Numbered from the stretch's first letter, positions 48,222 through 58,633 are shown. The stretch: DNA of 64,000 bases from Bacillota bacterium (GCA_012719595.1 JAAYAB010000212.1:14677-78676); one strand, 5' to 3'. A program made the numbers and translations. The notes: a model not told the origin generated them from the letters alone.

Positions 48222-48545
48222 TTACTTCGCCAGCCTCTCCAGCAGGGCTTCCTTTTGCCTTACGCCAAGTCCCTGAACACGTCTGGATTCATCGATGCCG
48301 ATGTCCTCCATGAGCTTCCGGCTGCGGATTCTGCCGATGCGCGGAAGAGACTCAAGAAGATAGGCCACCTTCATGCGAGCAACTACCTCGTCGTCCTTTG
48401 CAGCAGCGAGAACTTTCTCAAGTGTCAGCTCGCCGGACTTCAGCTTGGCTCTCATCTGGGACCTCTTGGATCTGACTTCCTGTGCCTTCTTCAGAGCATC
48501 CATTTTCTCCGCAGGGGTTAGCTTGGGCAGTGCCATAACGGCCAC
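48222..48545 (-). CDS. Integration-host-factor-like DNA-binding protein, actinobacterial mIHF/sIHF type
   Basis: ALPKLTPAEKMDALKKAQEVRSKRSQMRAKLKSGELTLEKVLAAAKDDEVVARMKVAYLLESLPRIGRIRSRKLMEDIGIDESRRVQGLG aligns along its length with Streptomyces sIHF / Mycobacterium MihF. Confidence 0.75.
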   Translation of the reverse strand: MAVMALPKLTPAEKMDALKKAQEVRSKRSQMRAKLKSGELTLEKVLAAAKDDEVVARMKVAYLLESLPRIGRIRSRKLMEDIGIDESRRVQGLGVRQKEALLERLAK

Positions 48546-48548
48546 CTC

Positions 48549-49415
48549 CTACTCAATGTTCTGAACTTGCTCCCTCAGCCTCTCCAATTGAGTCTTGACC
48601 TCAATAACCAACCGACCAATCTCGTAATCGCCGGCCTTCGATGCTATCGTATTCGCCTCGCGATTACATTCCTGCAGTATGAAGTCCAGTTTTCTACCGG
48701 CCACCCCCCCAGACTCGAGCGTCTCGGTCAAGGCCTTCATATGGCTTCTGAGCCGAACCACTTCTTCATCGATACACGCCCGTTCGGCAAGCAAAGCGAC
48801 CTCAGCCTCGAGACGGCTCTGGTCCAACTCAATACCTTCTGTCAAAGTCCGAACTCTCTCCCGGATCTTGTGCCGGTATTCGTCTATGACGCATGGACTC
48901 CGCAGTTCTATCTCGCTAATAAGTTGTTCAGTTTCGACGATTCTATGTAGTAGATCAGCCCGTAGACGCCCCCCTTCTGCCTTTCTCATTGCCAGGAGAC
49001 CATCGAGCGCACCGTCTACTGCAACTCGAGCGACTTGCCAGACTGATTCGATATCGTCAGTGCGCTCATCGAGCCCGCATACTCCTGGAACAGCGAGTAT
49101 GTCGCAGAGTCGCGGAGCCTCAATCAGGCCCAACCTCTCAGACAGCCGCTTCATCGCTCTAAAGGCTTGCGTAGCTAATTCTTCGTCGAGGATGAAATTC
49201 CTGCTACTTCCGGCTGCATATTCGACGGATAGCGCTACTTCGATCCGGCCCCGGTGAAGCCTCTCCTTGACTCGGGCGCGGATCAGTTCCTCCAGAGCGG
49301 CCAGTTCACGAGGAACCCTGCAGATGACGTCAAGGTATCTCCCGTTTACCCCTCTTGCCTCCACAAGGTACACTCGGTGGGAATCAGACGATTCCCCGCG
49401 TCCATAGCCGGTCAT
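48549..49415 (-). CDS. YicC-family stress-induced protein (YloC-like)
   Basis: MTGYGRGE N-terminus; C-terminal DUF1732 region (NREANTIASKAGD). Start at MTGYGRG. Confidence 0.8.
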   Translation of the reverse strand: MTGYGRGESSDSHRVYLVEARGVNGRYLDVICRVPRELAALEELIRARVKERLHRGRIEVALSVEYAAGSSRNFILDEELATQAFRAMKRLSERLGLIEAPRLCDILAVPGVCGLDERTDDIESVWQVARVAVDGALDGLLAMRKAEGGRLRADLLHRIVETEQLISEIELRSPCVIDEYRHKIRERVRTLTEGIELDQSRLEAEVALLAERACIDEEVVRLRSHMKALTETLESGGVAGRKLDFILQECNREANTIASKAGDYEIGRLVIEVKTQLERLREQVQNIE

Positions 49416-49557
49416 GCTGTGAATCGTCGACAACTGCATGCTCCTCTACAAGGCTTGTCCCGCAAAGTCCTGCGTTCCCGGCAGCCAATCTAGTCTATTC
49501 AACCGATTGAGGGGAATTCCTTCTTGTCTTCGATCACGAGATCGCCCAAGACCAGGC

Positions 49558-50187
49558 CTATCTCATTCGGAGCCTTCCAATCAAGTCGGACACAGTGTCT
49601 ATCCGCTCTGCGTCCGGTATCTCTAGCAGCAGAGCAAGCGCACGCGGGGAGTCTCCTCGCAGAGCGTAGACCTGCGCGAGCATGTGCTTAGCAAACGCCA
49701 AGTCGCTCCTCAGCGCGAGGGCCTCGAGGAGCTTGCGCTCGGCCGAGGCGTAGAGACTGTCAGGTCTCGATCCCAGGCCGCCCGTGTATGAGTACTGCGC
49801 CTGCCTGATGTAGATCGCTCCTTCGAAACACAGGGCGATCGGGTATTCGGGCGAGTCGCTGGAGACCATCTTTATCCACTGCAACGCTGAAGAGAAATCC
49901 TCGCCCTCATACGATGCAACCGCCGCTGCTATAGCCACTTCGGGGTCGCCTCCGGTCTGCTCCCAGGCTTCCTCGAAGTGGTTTCGCGCCGCACCGCGCA
50001 TGTTCCACACCTGATAGTAGATTCCCATACCTATGTGAAGATCGACGTTCGAAGCAGACTCCGCAGCCGCGCACACAGCCGCCGCGGCAAAGCCAACGAT
50101 CCACATCGCTGCCAGCAACGCCAATCCAACCCGCCGCGTCGAGCGCACATTTCGGACCCGTCCCAGTCCTATCAGGTTCATAGCCAT
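49558..50187 (-). CDS. Hypothetical secreted/membrane-anchored TPR-like repeat protein
   Basis: N-terminal hydrophobic segment (LALLAAMWIVGFAAAAVCAAA) then helical-repeat region; no specific family recognised. Confidence 0.4.
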   Translation of the reverse strand: MAMNLIGLGRVRNVRSTRRVGLALLAAMWIVGFAAAAVCAAAESASNVDLHIGMGIYYQVWNMRGAARNHFEEAWEQTGGDPEVAIAAAVASYEGEDFSSALQWIKMVSSDSPEYPIALCFEGAIYIRQAQYSYTGGLGSRPDSLYASAERKLLEALALRSDLAFAKHMLAQVYALRGDSPRALALLLEIPDAERIDTVSDLIGRLRMR

Positions 50188-50289
50188 ACCGCCTCTCACA
50201 CGATTCGCCTGTTTGACCCGCACTGCACGGGGTGCTATACTTTCTGTGGCATCCAACCTGTCGTACTATATAACTCAGAGGTTCAAAAG

Positions 50290-52107
50290 ATGTCAATCGA
50301 CGGCCTTTTCGCCGCATCTCTCGCACGTGAAATATCCAGGCGTATCACGGGCGGCCGAATCGATAGGGTGTCGATGCCTGACAGGCATCGAGTGATGATC
50401 TCCGTGCGGCATCCCGGGACCGCTCACATATTGGTGGCCTCGATCCATCCCGAGTGGCCTCGGCTCAGCCTTACCTGTCAGGACTTCGACGATCCTGAGC
50501 CCCCTCCTGTGTTCTGCGCCGTCCTGCGAAAGCATCTCCTGGGCGGGCGAGTCCGCTGCGTTCGCCAGCCCGGACTCGAGCGGCTGCTCACAGTCGAAGT
50601 CGAGCGCAGGGACGAGCGCGGCCGCACCTCACTAAGGGATCTCGTGATCGAGCTGATGGGCAAGCACAGCAACTTGCTCTTGATGGATTCAGACAGCTCG
50701 ACGATCATAGACTGCGCCAGACACGTTACGAGCCGCGTCAACAGGTATAGAGAACTTCTACCCGGCAGGCCCTATGTCCTCCCCCCATCACAGGGGAAGG
50801 CGGACCTGACTCGCTTGCCTGACCTCACGTTCGACCGCGTCATGCATGCCTTGAGCGCAGTGGAGACCGACCGCCCTGCCAGGAGCCACCTCGTCGATTC
50901 GCTTCAGGGGTTCGGCCCGCTGACAGCCACAGAGGTGCTGTATCGCGGCGGAGTGAGCCCGGACGTTCCCTGGTCTCAGACTTGCGAAATTGAGAGGGAG
51001 CGGGTTTCACTGGCCATCGTCGAGGTTGTGAACGAGGCCTTGGCCGGGGCGCCGACACCGTGTGCATACGTGGACACCACCGACGTCCGCTCGCGCACAC
51101 GTGCGTTCTCCTTTACCCGTCTCACGCATCTCCTGGGCAGCGGATTCACCGAGAGGGTGTTTCCGACGCTCTCTGAGCTGCTTGACTTCACGCTGGCTGA
51201 CAGAGAGGCGGCAGCCGCTTTCGAATCGTTGAGGAGCCAGTTGATGGCCGCAGCAGCTGCCAGCATTCGACGCACAGAGGACAAACTTGCGAAGCAGCTC
51301 GAGTCGCTCGATTCAGCTCAGAATGCGGATCGGTTCAAGTTGCACGCCGATCTGCTGATGGCAAACGCGAGCATCTCAGGGAAGGGTCGCAAGAGCGTGC
51401 AGGTCGTAGACTATTTCGACCCTAACACGCCGCTCGTCGCCATCGATCTGGATCCCGGCCTCACAGTGACCGACAATGCTAAACTGTACTACAAGCGGTA
51501 CGCCAAGGCGAAACGCAGCCGGGAGACAGTCGAGGCGCTGGTGAGTTCAACCTCTGAGAACCTGGAGTATCTCCGGCAAGTCGAACACGGACTGCTATGT
51601 GCGTCCACAATGACGGAGCTGGAAGAGATACGGACTGAACTCGCTGAACAGGGGTTCATCGCGGCGGCGAAGCGGGCCGGTGCTAGACGGAAACCTGCGA
51701 GCGCCGCCAAGTCTGCACCTGCTCAGTTTACCTCTGTCGACGGCGTTTCCATCCTCGTCGGCAAGAACAACAGGCAGAACGACGAGCTCACGCTGAGGCT
51801 CGCATCTCCAGAGGATGTCTGGCTGCATGTGAAGGATCTGCCCGGTTCGCACGTCATTGTGAAGGCGAAGGGGCTGAAGGCGGTCCCCGACACGACTCTG
51901 ACCGCGGCCGCGCTCCTGGCGGCTTACTTCAGCAAAGCGCGCAACTCCTCGCAGGTCCCGGTGGACTACACGCTGAGGAAGCATGTCAGAAAGCCTCCGG
52001 GCGCCAAGCCCGGAATGGTGATCTATGATTCGCAGTCCACGGTCTACGTCACACCCACGCCGGAATCGCTGGCGCAGTACCTCGCAGACGCGTCTCAGCT
52101 TGTATGA
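50290..52107 (+). CDS. rqcH: NFACT-family ribosome quality-control protein RqcH (FbpA/YloA-like)
   Basis: N-terminal NFACT-N (MSIDGLFAASLAREISRRITGGRIDRVSMPD); C-terminal NFACT-R/DUF814 (VKDLPGSHVIVKAKG...VDYTLRKHVRKPPGAKPGMVIY). ATG at 50290 inside the longer track ORF. Confidence 0.85.
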   Translation: MSIDGLFAASLAREISRRITGGRIDRVSMPDRHRVMISVRHPGTAHILVASIHPEWPRLSLTCQDFDDPEPPPVFCAVLRKHLLGGRVRCVRQPGLERLLTVEVERRDERGRTSLRDLVIELMGKHSNLLLMDSDSSTIIDCARHVTSRVNRYRELLPGRPYVLPPSQGKADLTRLPDLTFDRVMHALSAVETDRPARSHLVDSLQGFGPLTATEVLYRGGVSPDVPWSQTCEIERERVSLAIVEVVNEALAGAPTPCAYVDTTDVRSRTRAFSFTRLTHLLGSGFTERVFPTLSELLDFTLADREAAAAFESLRSQLMAAAAASIRRTEDKLAKQLESLDSAQNADRFKLHADLLMANASISGKGRKSVQVVDYFDPNTPLVAIDLDPGLTVTDNAKLYYKRYAKAKRSRETVEALVSSTSENLEYLRQVEHGLLCASTMTELEEIRTELAEQGFIAAAKRAGARRKPASAAKSAPAQFTSVDGVSILVGKNNRQNDELTLRLASPEDVWLHVKDLPGSHVIVKAKGLKAVPDTTLTAAALLAAYFSKARNSSQVPVDYTLRKHVRKPPGAKPGMVIYDSQSTVYVTPTPESLAQYLADASQLV

Positions 52108-52224
52108 ACCGGCTGGCTGAAGCCTGCTGGTACGATGGCGGACGGCCGAGCAGCAGGCGGACAAGAACCGCTATTGCCAAGCGCGGTCCGATATAGTATC
52201 ATGGCTATTGAAAACACTATATGG

Positions 52225-52370
52225 TCCGTACCTTCGGGGCAGGGTGAGACGCAAGTCAATTCCCGACCGGCGGTGATGGCTTCTAGCCTCAGTCCGCGAG
52301 TCCAGATCAGTCTGGATTGACCTGGTGAGATTCCAGGACCGACGGTACAGTCCGGATGGGAGAAGGAGTC
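52225..52370 (+). promoter_or_regulatory. FMN riboswitch (RFN element)
   Basis: CCTTCGGGGCAGGGTGAGAC...ATTCCCGACCGGCGGTGATGG...GACCGACGGTACAGTCCGGATGGGAGAAGGA matches the RFN consensus cUUCGGGGCAGGGUGAAAUUCCCGACCGGCGGUAGUAAAGC...GACAGUGAAAGUCUGGAUGGGAGAAGGA; lies upstream of a RibU-type transporter. Confidence 0.85.
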
Positions 52371-52401
52371 TTGGTACATTGCAGTACCGTGCTGATGCAA
52401 T

Positions 52402-52430
52402 CCCCCGGAGGTTCTCCGGGGGATTTTCTG
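52402..52430 (+). terminator. Riboswitch expression-platform terminator
   Basis: CCCCCGGAGGTTCTCCGGGGGATTTTCTG: 8-bp stem followed by a T-rich run, ~75 nt upstream of ribU. Confidence 0.7.
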
Positions 52431-52504
52431 TGTAGGTCGGCGCCTTTCACAGAACGGCAGCAGGCCTCGCACACATCACCACTTCCGAAAGGGGAGCTCA
52501 GACT

Positions 52505-53086
52505 ATGTCAAACACCTCGAGCAATATGTGGATCGACAAATCCGTCGGCAGCACTGTAAATGCGAGAGTTCTGGCGTACAGCGCTCTGCTCACAGCTCTC
52601 AGCGTGCTGCTTGCCTCGCTGTATCCGATACCGCTTTTCGCGGACTTCCTTCTCTATGAGCCGGCAGACGTGCCGATCATACTGGGCGGGATAACGTTGG
52701 GCCTCGGACCCGGCCTGTTGATCGCAGTCGTCACGGCGGTCGTGATGATGCTGATCACCTCGCACGGAGGCATCATAGGTGTGATAATGAACATCTTGTC
52801 TACCGGGACGATGGTTTCCGCCGTCACCCTGATCTACAGGTCGAAGCCGAGCGCAAAGCGGTTCTTTGCGGGTGCTGTCGCCGCGACGATCGCGACCACT
52901 GTTGTGATGGTTCTCTGGAATCTGATACTGACCCCGCTGTACCTCGGTGCGCCTAGAGAGGCTGTGTTGAAGCTCCTGCTCCCTGCCATCATACCTTTCA
53001 ACCTGATCAAGGCCGGCGTGAATACGTTGCTGACATACCTGGTCTTGCGCTCAGTAGGGCCCTATCTGATGGCGAACAAGAGATAG
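52505..53086 (+). CDS. ribU: ECF transporter S component, riboflavin transporter RibU-like
   Basis: 193 aa, six TM helices, ECF-S fold; preceded by an FMN riboswitch. Confidence 0.75.
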   Translation: MSNTSSNMWIDKSVGSTVNARVLAYSALLTALSVLLASLYPIPLFADFLLYEPADVPIILGGITLGLGPGLLIAVVTAVVMMLITSHGGIIGVIMNILSTGTMVSAVTLIYRSKPSAKRFFAGAVAATIATTVVMVLWNLILTPLYLGAPREAVLKLLLPAIIPFNLIKAGVNTLLTYLVLRSVGPYLMANKR

Positions 53087-53089
53087 GCG

Positions 53090-53140
53090 GGCGGCCGCTC
53101 CGCCTCTCGGGAAGCAAGCGGCACCCGCCTCCGCAGTGAC
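53090..53140. terminator. Putative bidirectional terminator between convergent ribU and cysE
   Basis: GGCGGGCGGCCGCTCCGCC hairpin plus second GC-rich stem; weak U tracts. Confidence 0.25.
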
Positions 53141-53143
53141 AGC

Positions 53144-54055
53144 TTACTTGCGGCGTATCTGTGGAACGTTGAGGACCTTGCTTCCCGGAGGCACCGATTC
53201 GATCAGCCAGACGTTGCCCCCGATTTCTGATCCTCTGCCTACGACCGTCTGACCGCCCAGGACTGTTGCGCCAGCGTAGATAGTGACGTTGTCCTCTATA
53301 GTCGGATGCCGCTTCGTGCCGCGCACGACGTCGCCGTCCTCGTGTCTGTCGATCCGCAGAGCGCCGAGAGTGACTCCCTGGTAGATGGTGACGTTGTCGC
53401 CTATCACCGTCGTCTCGCCTATCACCACGCCTGTTCCATGATCGATGAAGAAGGACTCGCCTATCTGCGCGCCTGGGTGTATGTCGATGCCCGTCTTGCT
53501 GTGAGCGTACTCGCTCAGGATCCGGGCCATGGACTTCAGATCGAGCTTGTACAGCTCGTGAGCTACCCTGTGAGCGGCAACCGCCAGAATGCCGGGATAG
53601 GACAGAATGATGTCGTCATAGCTCGTAGCCGCAGGGTCGCGCCTGTATGCCGCCTTGACGTCCAGGAGGAGCTTCCGCCGGATCTCCGGGAGCTGCTCCA
53701 CGAACTGCCTGGCCATTAGGCAGCTCTTCTGCATGACCTCGCAACCCTCAGGCTGTCTGACACAGCCTCCGTCGCACACTCCGTGCATGGCGTTGTGGAT
53801 CTGGCGGGCCATTCTCCAGTATATCGTTCCGACGTACTCGAGGAGGCAGGCTCCGTCGTCACCGTCGTTCGGAACATCCCCGCCGAAGTATCCCGGGAAG
53901 AAGACCTTGCGGATGTCCAGGAACAGACGGATGATCGAATCCGGCTCCGGAAGAGGTTTGGTCCTCCTCCCTACTTCCTGATTCTCGTGATATGAAGAGA
54001 AGAGCTCGCATGCAACTCCAGCAAGGAACTCGCCTGAAGCGTTCTCCATGAGCAT
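53144..54055 (-). CDS. cysE: Serine O-acetyltransferase (long-form CysE)
   Basis: SATase N-terminal helical domain plus hexapeptide left-handed beta-helix (IHPGAQIGESFFIDHGTGVVIGETTVIGDNVTIYQGVTLG...). Confidence 0.8.
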   Translation of the reverse strand: MLMENASGEFLAGVACELFSSYHENQEVGRRTKPLPEPDSIIRLFLDIRKVFFPGYFGGDVPNDGDDGACLLEYVGTIYWRMARQIHNAMHGVCDGGCVRQPEGCEVMQKSCLMARQFVEQLPEIRRKLLLDVKAAYRRDPAATSYDDIILSYPGILAVAAHRVAHELYKLDLKSMARILSEYAHSKTGIDIHPGAQIGESFFIDHGTGVVIGETTVIGDNVTIYQGVTLGALRIDRHEDGDVVRGTKRHPTIEDNVTIYAGATVLGGQTVVGRGSEIGGNVWLIESVPPGSKVLNVPQIRRK

Positions 54056-54127
54056 AACCCTCCCTGACCGTCTCCCCGGCCGTCATCTGCACCAGCCGCC
54101 AAAGCCCTACAGGCCGCCGCAGAGCCG

Positions 54128-54156
54128 GAAGCCATACTGTCTCACTGTGATATAAT
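54128..54156 (+). promoter_or_regulatory. Putative sigma-A promoter with extended -10 (TGATATAAT) for the DUF327 gene
   Basis: TGnTATAAT at 54148-54156; weak -35. About 50 nt upstream of a GGAGG RBS and TTG start. Confidence 0.4.
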
Positions 54157-54208
54157 GATCGTAAGGTATTTCGTGTGAGTTCGCAAGCAGTTGAGGGAGG
54201 ACTGTTGC

Positions 54209-54643
54209 TTGAGAGTAGAAAAGCGCGATCGCCGTCCCGCAATCTCCCCCAGCCTGGACGCAGGACCTGCCCTGCACAGGCGGGTCATCAAGACATCGAA
54301 GGAGTCGTTCGCCGACCTCCTCGGCAATGAGGAGCACTCGAACCTTCAATCGATGCTCGAGGAGGTCATGCGCCTCGGCGACCGCCTGCTGGAACGGCGG
54401 ACACTCAGCGACCTTGAAGCCTACAAGAATGCTGTCAGGCAGTTTGTGAGGTACTCCGTCGACCGTTCGCTCAGGCTCAAGAGAGGCCGCAGAATGTCCG
54501 GGAGTGTCACGCTGCTCGTCGAGACCGTCGACACCGCCCTCGCCGATCTCACCGAACTCGTCCTCACCCGGGAGACGCCGAGAATCGAAATCCTGGCCAA
54601 GCTCGAGATGATAAAAGGCCTGCTCATCGACTGCTCTCGATGA
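54209..54643 (+). CDS. DUF327 family protein (YaaR-like)
   Basis: Helical protein of ~145 aa (...FADLLGNEEHSNLQSMLEEVMRLGDRLLERRTLSDLEAYKNAVRQFV...). TTG start at 54209 with GGAGG 8 nt upstream, inside the track ORF that starts at 54191. Confidence 0.6.
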   Translation: MRVEKRDRRPAISPSLDAGPALHRRVIKTSKESFADLLGNEEHSNLQSMLEEVMRLGDRLLERRTLSDLEAYKNAVRQFVRYSVDRSLRLKRGRRMSGSVTLLVETVDTALADLTELVLTRETPRIEILAKLEMIKGLLIDCSR

Positions 54644-54682
54644 CAGGCCTCTGTGATAGGCATCCTGCAAGCAGGGCGCCCG

Positions 54683-55444
54683 CTACCTGACGCAGTTTGT
54701 CAGCGTCCCTATTCCCTCGATGGTCACTTCCACACGGTCGCCGGATCTGAGCTGCCCCACACCTGACGGAGTCCCTGTCGCAACCACGTCGCCGGGAAGC
54801 AGCGTCATGACGTGTGAGACGAAGCTAAGGAGATGCGAGGGGCTGAATATGAGGTTGCTGGTGTTCGAGCGCTGTCTCAGCTCGCCGTTCACCCGCAGCG
54901 ATATCTCGAGGGCCTCGGGAGAGACCGATGTGTCTATTGCCGGTCCAAGAGGAGCGAAAGTATCGAACGACTTCGCACGGGTCCACTGTCCATCGATCCT
55001 CTGCAGGTCTCTGGCGGTCACATCGTTGAAGCAACAGTATCCGAGGATGTAGTCTGCAGCCTCCTCTGGCGCAACTCGCTTAGCCTTGCGCTTCACTACG
55101 AGGGCGAGCTCTGCCTCGTAGTCGACCCGCTTCGACGACTCCGGGATGACGATATCGTCCATGGGTCCTATGACTGCAGTAGATGGTTTCATGAAAATCT
55201 TCGGGCAATCCGGCAGTTCCTCACCCATCTCGAGAGCGTGGTCACGGTAGTTGAGTCCCACCGCCACGATCTTCGAAGGCACTGACGGCGCGAGCAACCT
55301 GACTTCGTCAACAGGTATCTCGCACTCGCACAGTTCGAACTCGCCAAATACGTCTCCCGATATCCGCCGCACTAGCTGGCCCTCCAGCGAGCCCCATTCG
55401 CAGCGGCCGTTTACCTCATATCTGACCAGCTTCACGCAACGCAC
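54683..55444 (-). CDS. Fumarylacetoacetate hydrolase (FAH)-family protein (2-keto-4-pentenoate hydratase-like)
   Basis: KIVAVGLNYRDHA...DYEAELALVV...GDVVATGTPSGVG is the FAH-fold signature. Confidence 0.8.
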   Translation of the reverse strand: MRCVKLVRYEVNGRCEWGSLEGQLVRRISGDVFGEFELCECEIPVDEVRLLAPSVPSKIVAVGLNYRDHALEMGEELPDCPKIFMKPSTAVIGPMDDIVIPESSKRVDYEAELALVVKRKAKRVAPEEAADYILGYCCFNDVTARDLQRIDGQWTRAKSFDTFAPLGPAIDTSVSPEALEISLRVNGELRQRSNTSNLIFSPSHLLSFVSHVMTLLPGDVVATGTPSGVGQLRSGDRVEVTIEGIGTLTNCVR

Positions 55445-55471
55445 TCCTTCTCGTTCCCGCCCAGGAATCCG

Positions 55472-57070
55472 TCAGTCGACCGGATCTTTCTGCGCAGACA
55501 TCCCTGGCTTCCTGAGCAACCCGTATTCAATGCTGTCGGCGAGAGCACGCCAGCTCGCTTCGATGATGTTGGTCGAGACGCCGACGGTCCCCCATGGGTA
55601 TTCCCCGCTTGTGGACTCTATCAGGACCCGCACCTTGGCCGCAGTGCCGGATTCCGCGTCGAGGACTCTCACCTTGTAGTCAGTGAGCGCTATCTTCTCG
55701 ATCTCAGGATACACTTGAATGAGGGCTTTTCTGAGAGCGTTGTCCAGGGCGTTGACCGGACCGTCGCCTTCTGCCGCGGTGTGTATCGTCTCGTCGCCGA
55801 TCCTGATCTTGACCGTAGCCTCAGCCACAGGCGGGCCGTTGTTGCCCTTCTTCTCGATGATGAGCCTGAACCCTTCGAGCTCGAACAGATCTTCGTGCAG
55901 TCCAAGGGTCCTCCGGAGCATCAGCTCGAAGGACGCCTCGGCGCCCTCGAACGAGTAGCCTTCGTATTCGAGGTTCTTGACTGAGTTCAGAATGGAAGCT
56001 ATACGGTCCGGATCGTCGTCGATGTTCAGGTCGAACTCGCGCGCTTTGTACCGGATGTTCGAACCGCCAGAAAGCTCGGATACCACCACGCGTCTCCGAT
56101 TGCCGACAAGAGACGCGTCTATGTGCTCATAGGTGATTGGGTGCTTGAGGAGCGCGTTGACATGCACGCCCGCCTTGTGCGTGAACACGCTGCGCCCGAC
56201 GTACGGCTGATGGGGATTCGGCCGCCTGTTAGCGATCTCGTCGATGAAGTGCGACGTCTTAGTCAGCTGCGCCAGCTGCTCTTCGGTAACGCAGTCGACT
56301 CCCATCTTGAGCTTGAGGTTGGCGATTATGGTGCAGAGATCGGCATTCCCCGCGCGCTCGCCGTATCCGTTCATCGTGCCCTGGACGTGCTTTGCACCGG
56401 AGTCAACTCCCACCAGTGTGTTTGCCACCCCTGTGCCTGCGTCGTTGTGCATGTGGACGCCGATGTCCACCCCGGGGAATCTCTTCACGACCTCAGTCAC
56501 GATCGGAGACACGTACTGCGGGAGGAAGCCGCCGTTGGTGTCGCAGAGCACCAGGACCTCAGCTCCTGCAGACGCCGCCGCCTCCAGCGTTCGAATCGCG
56601 TACTCAGGGTTGGCCCTGTACCCGTCGAAGAAGTGCTCTCCGTCATAGAAAACCCTCAGGCCTTTGGAACGAAGAAACCTCACCGATTCCTCTATCATTG
56701 CAAGGTTTTCATCGAGAGTGGCCCTGAGGACATTCGTGACATGAAAGTCCCAGCTCTTGCCGAAAATAGTGGCGACCGTGACACCGGACTCGACGATCGC
56801 CCGGAGGTTCGGGTCTTCGACAACCGGCGTGCCGGCGCGGCGAGTGGAACCGAATGCGCACAGCGTGGCGTGCTTCAGCCCGTAGTCTGACCATCGCTGG
56901 AGAAACTCCATGTCCTTCGGGTTCGATCCGGGCCAGCCGCCCTCTATGTAGTCAATCCCCAAACTATCCAGTCTCTGCGCTATCCTGATCTTGTCGTCCA
57001 GCGAGAATGAAACGCCTTCGGCCTGTGCGCCGTCACGAAGTGTGGTGTCGTACAGGACAACTGCCTTCAT
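55472..57070 (-). CDS. cimA: (R)-citramalate synthase
   Basis: LYDTTLRDGAQAEGVSFSLDDKIRIAQRLDSLGIDYIEGGWPGSNPKD (DRE-TIM); HMHNDAGTGVANTL; LeuA-dimer regulatory C-domain; 532 aa CimA-type length; sits with leuBCD. Start at MKAVVLYD. Confidence 0.75.
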   Translation of the reverse strand: MKAVVLYDTTLRDGAQAEGVSFSLDDKIRIAQRLDSLGIDYIEGGWPGSNPKDMEFLQRWSDYGLKHATLCAFGSTRRAGTPVVEDPNLRAIVESGVTVATIFGKSWDFHVTNVLRATLDENLAMIEESVRFLRSKGLRVFYDGEHFFDGYRANPEYAIRTLEAAASAGAEVLVLCDTNGGFLPQYVSPIVTEVVKRFPGVDIGVHMHNDAGTGVANTLVGVDSGAKHVQGTMNGYGERAGNADLCTIIANLKLKMGVDCVTEEQLAQLTKTSHFIDEIANRRPNPHQPYVGRSVFTHKAGVHVNALLKHPITYEHIDASLVGNRRRVVVSELSGGSNIRYKAREFDLNIDDDPDRIASILNSVKNLEYEGYSFEGAEASFELMLRRTLGLHEDLFELEGFRLIIEKKGNNGPPVAEATVKIRIGDETIHTAAEGDGPVNALDNALRKALIQVYPEIEKIALTDYKVRVLDAESGTAAKVRVLIESTSGEYPWGTVGVSTNIIEASWRALADSIEYGLLRKPGMSAQKDPVD

Positions 57071-58140
57071 GCAGTCACCTCCCGGCATATGAGTTCACCC
57101 ATCTCGTCCGTACCTACGACGGTTGAGCCCTCGGCTGAGATGTCTGCAGTTCTATAGCCGGACTCCAGCACTCGCTCTACGGCACGCTCGATCTCACGGG
57201 CAGGGTCGTCCAGTCCAAACGTGTGTCTCAGCATCAACGCTGCCGATAGAATCGTGCCGACAGGATTGGCGATGTTCTTTCCTGCTATGTCCGGAGCGGA
57301 CCCGTGTATCGGTTCGTAGATGTCTACGGTTCCGCCAATGCTGGCAGAGGGCAGCATCCCAATGGATCCGGTTAGCATTGCAGCTTCGTCGCTAAGAATG
57401 TCGCCGAACATGTTCTCGGTGACGAGGACGTCAAACTGAGACGGCCTGCGCACCAGCTGCATCGCGCAGTTGTCCACAAGCATATTCTCGAACGCTACAT
57501 CCGGGTACTTCGCAGCCACAGATGCGGCGGTCTCGCGCCACAGCCTGGACGTCTCGAGGACGTTCGCCTTGTCCACAGAAGTCACTTTCTTCCGTCTGTT
57601 TCGTGCCAGTCGGAAGGCCAGATCCACGACTCTCTCGATCTCGCCCGTGCTGTACTCAACCGTGTCCACGGCGCGCAGCCCAGTTGCGTGCGGCTCGCGG
57701 AACCGCGGCTTGCCGAAGTAGACCCCGCCGGTCAGCTCTCGGACCACCAGAATGTCGATGCCGCGCACAACCTCAGGCTTCAGCGTCGATGCACCTGCCA
57801 GAGAGGGATACGCTGCCACCGGCCGAAGGTTCGCATAGGCTCCGGCCATTCCCCGCAGCCGCAGAAGGCCCGCGATCTCAAGCCGCTCAGTTGCAGGCAG
57901 GTGATCCCACTTGGGTCCCCCTATCGCTCCCAGGAGCACGGCGTCGCTTGCTTCAACAAGTTCTACGGTCTCCTGCGGAAAAGCCTTGCCCGTTTTGTCG
58001 TAGGCTGCCCCGCCGAAAAGAGCTTCGTGCAGCTCGAGCTCAAACCCGAACCTCTTCGCTGCGGTCTCCAACACTCTGACAGCCGCTCTCGTGATCTCCA
58101 CGCCGATGCCGTCTCCGGGCAGAACAGCGATTCTAGGCAT
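57067..58140 (-). CDS. leuB: 3-isopropylmalate dehydrogenase
   Basis: [13 protein letters not shown]; NLRP...; [10 protein letters not shown]; start MPRIAVL. Confidence 0.9.
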   Translation of the reverse strand: MPRIAVLPGDGIGVEITRAAVRVLETAAKRFGFELELHEALFGGAAYDKTGKAFPQETVELVEASDAVLLGAIGGPKWDHLPATERLEIAGLLRLRGMAGAYANLRPVAAYPSLAGASTLKPEVVRGIDILVVRELTGGVYFGKPRFREPHATGLRAVDTVEYSTGEIERVVDLAFRLARNRRKKVTSVDKANVLETSRLWRETAASVAAKYPDVAFENMLVDNCAMQLVRRPSQFDVLVTENMFGDILSDEAAMLTGSIGMLPSASIGGTVDIYEPIHGSAPDIAGKNIANPVGTILSAALMLRHTFGLDDPAREIERAVERVLESGYRTADISAEGSTVVGTDEMGELICREVTA

Positions 58141-58633
58141 CCCTGCGCACCTTCTTTCTGACATGGTTGACCAGACCGCCGTCTGCGATTATCTCGCGAA
58201 TCTCGTCAGACAGAGGAAGCGCGCTGTATTCCCGTCCTGACGTGACGTTGACGATCCGGGCGCTTTCGATGTCGACCGATATCTCATCGCCATTCTGTAT
58301 ATCGGCCGCAGCCTCAGGGCTCTCGAAGATCGGAAGCCCTATGTTTATGCTGTTGCGGAAGAAGATGCGGGCAAATGATCGGGCAATCACACAGGACACT
58401 CCTGCGGCTCGTATCGCAATCGGCGCGTGTTCTCTGGAGCTTCCACACCCGAAGTTCGATCCCGCGACGATTATGTCGCCAGCCGCCACCTTCTTCGCAA
58501 ACGTGGGATCGGCATCCTCCATGCAGTGGGCAGCGAGTTCCACGGGATCCGAGGTGTTGAGATACCTCGCAGGTATTATGGCATCTGTGTCGACGTTGTT
58601 GCCGAACTTCCAAGCTCTCCCTGTCACCGTCAT
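58133..58633 (-). CDS. leuD: 3-isopropylmalate dehydratase small subunit
   Basis: [21 protein letters not shown]...[18 protein letters not shown]. Confidence 0.9.
   Translation of the reverse strand: MTVTGRAWKFGNNVDTDAIIPARYLNTSDPVELAAHCMEDADPTFAKKVAAGDIIVAGSNFGCGSSREHAPIAIRAAGVSCVIARSFARIFFRNSINIGLPIFESPEAAADIQNGDEISVDIESARIVNVTSGREYSALPLSDEIREIIADGGLVNHVRKKVRRDA

Noticed and set aside
54107-54670. 187-aa minus-strand ORF
   Set aside because: Fully antisense to the DUF327 (YaaR-like) gene, which has a proper extended -10 promoter and RBS on the plus strand; translation is low-complexity.
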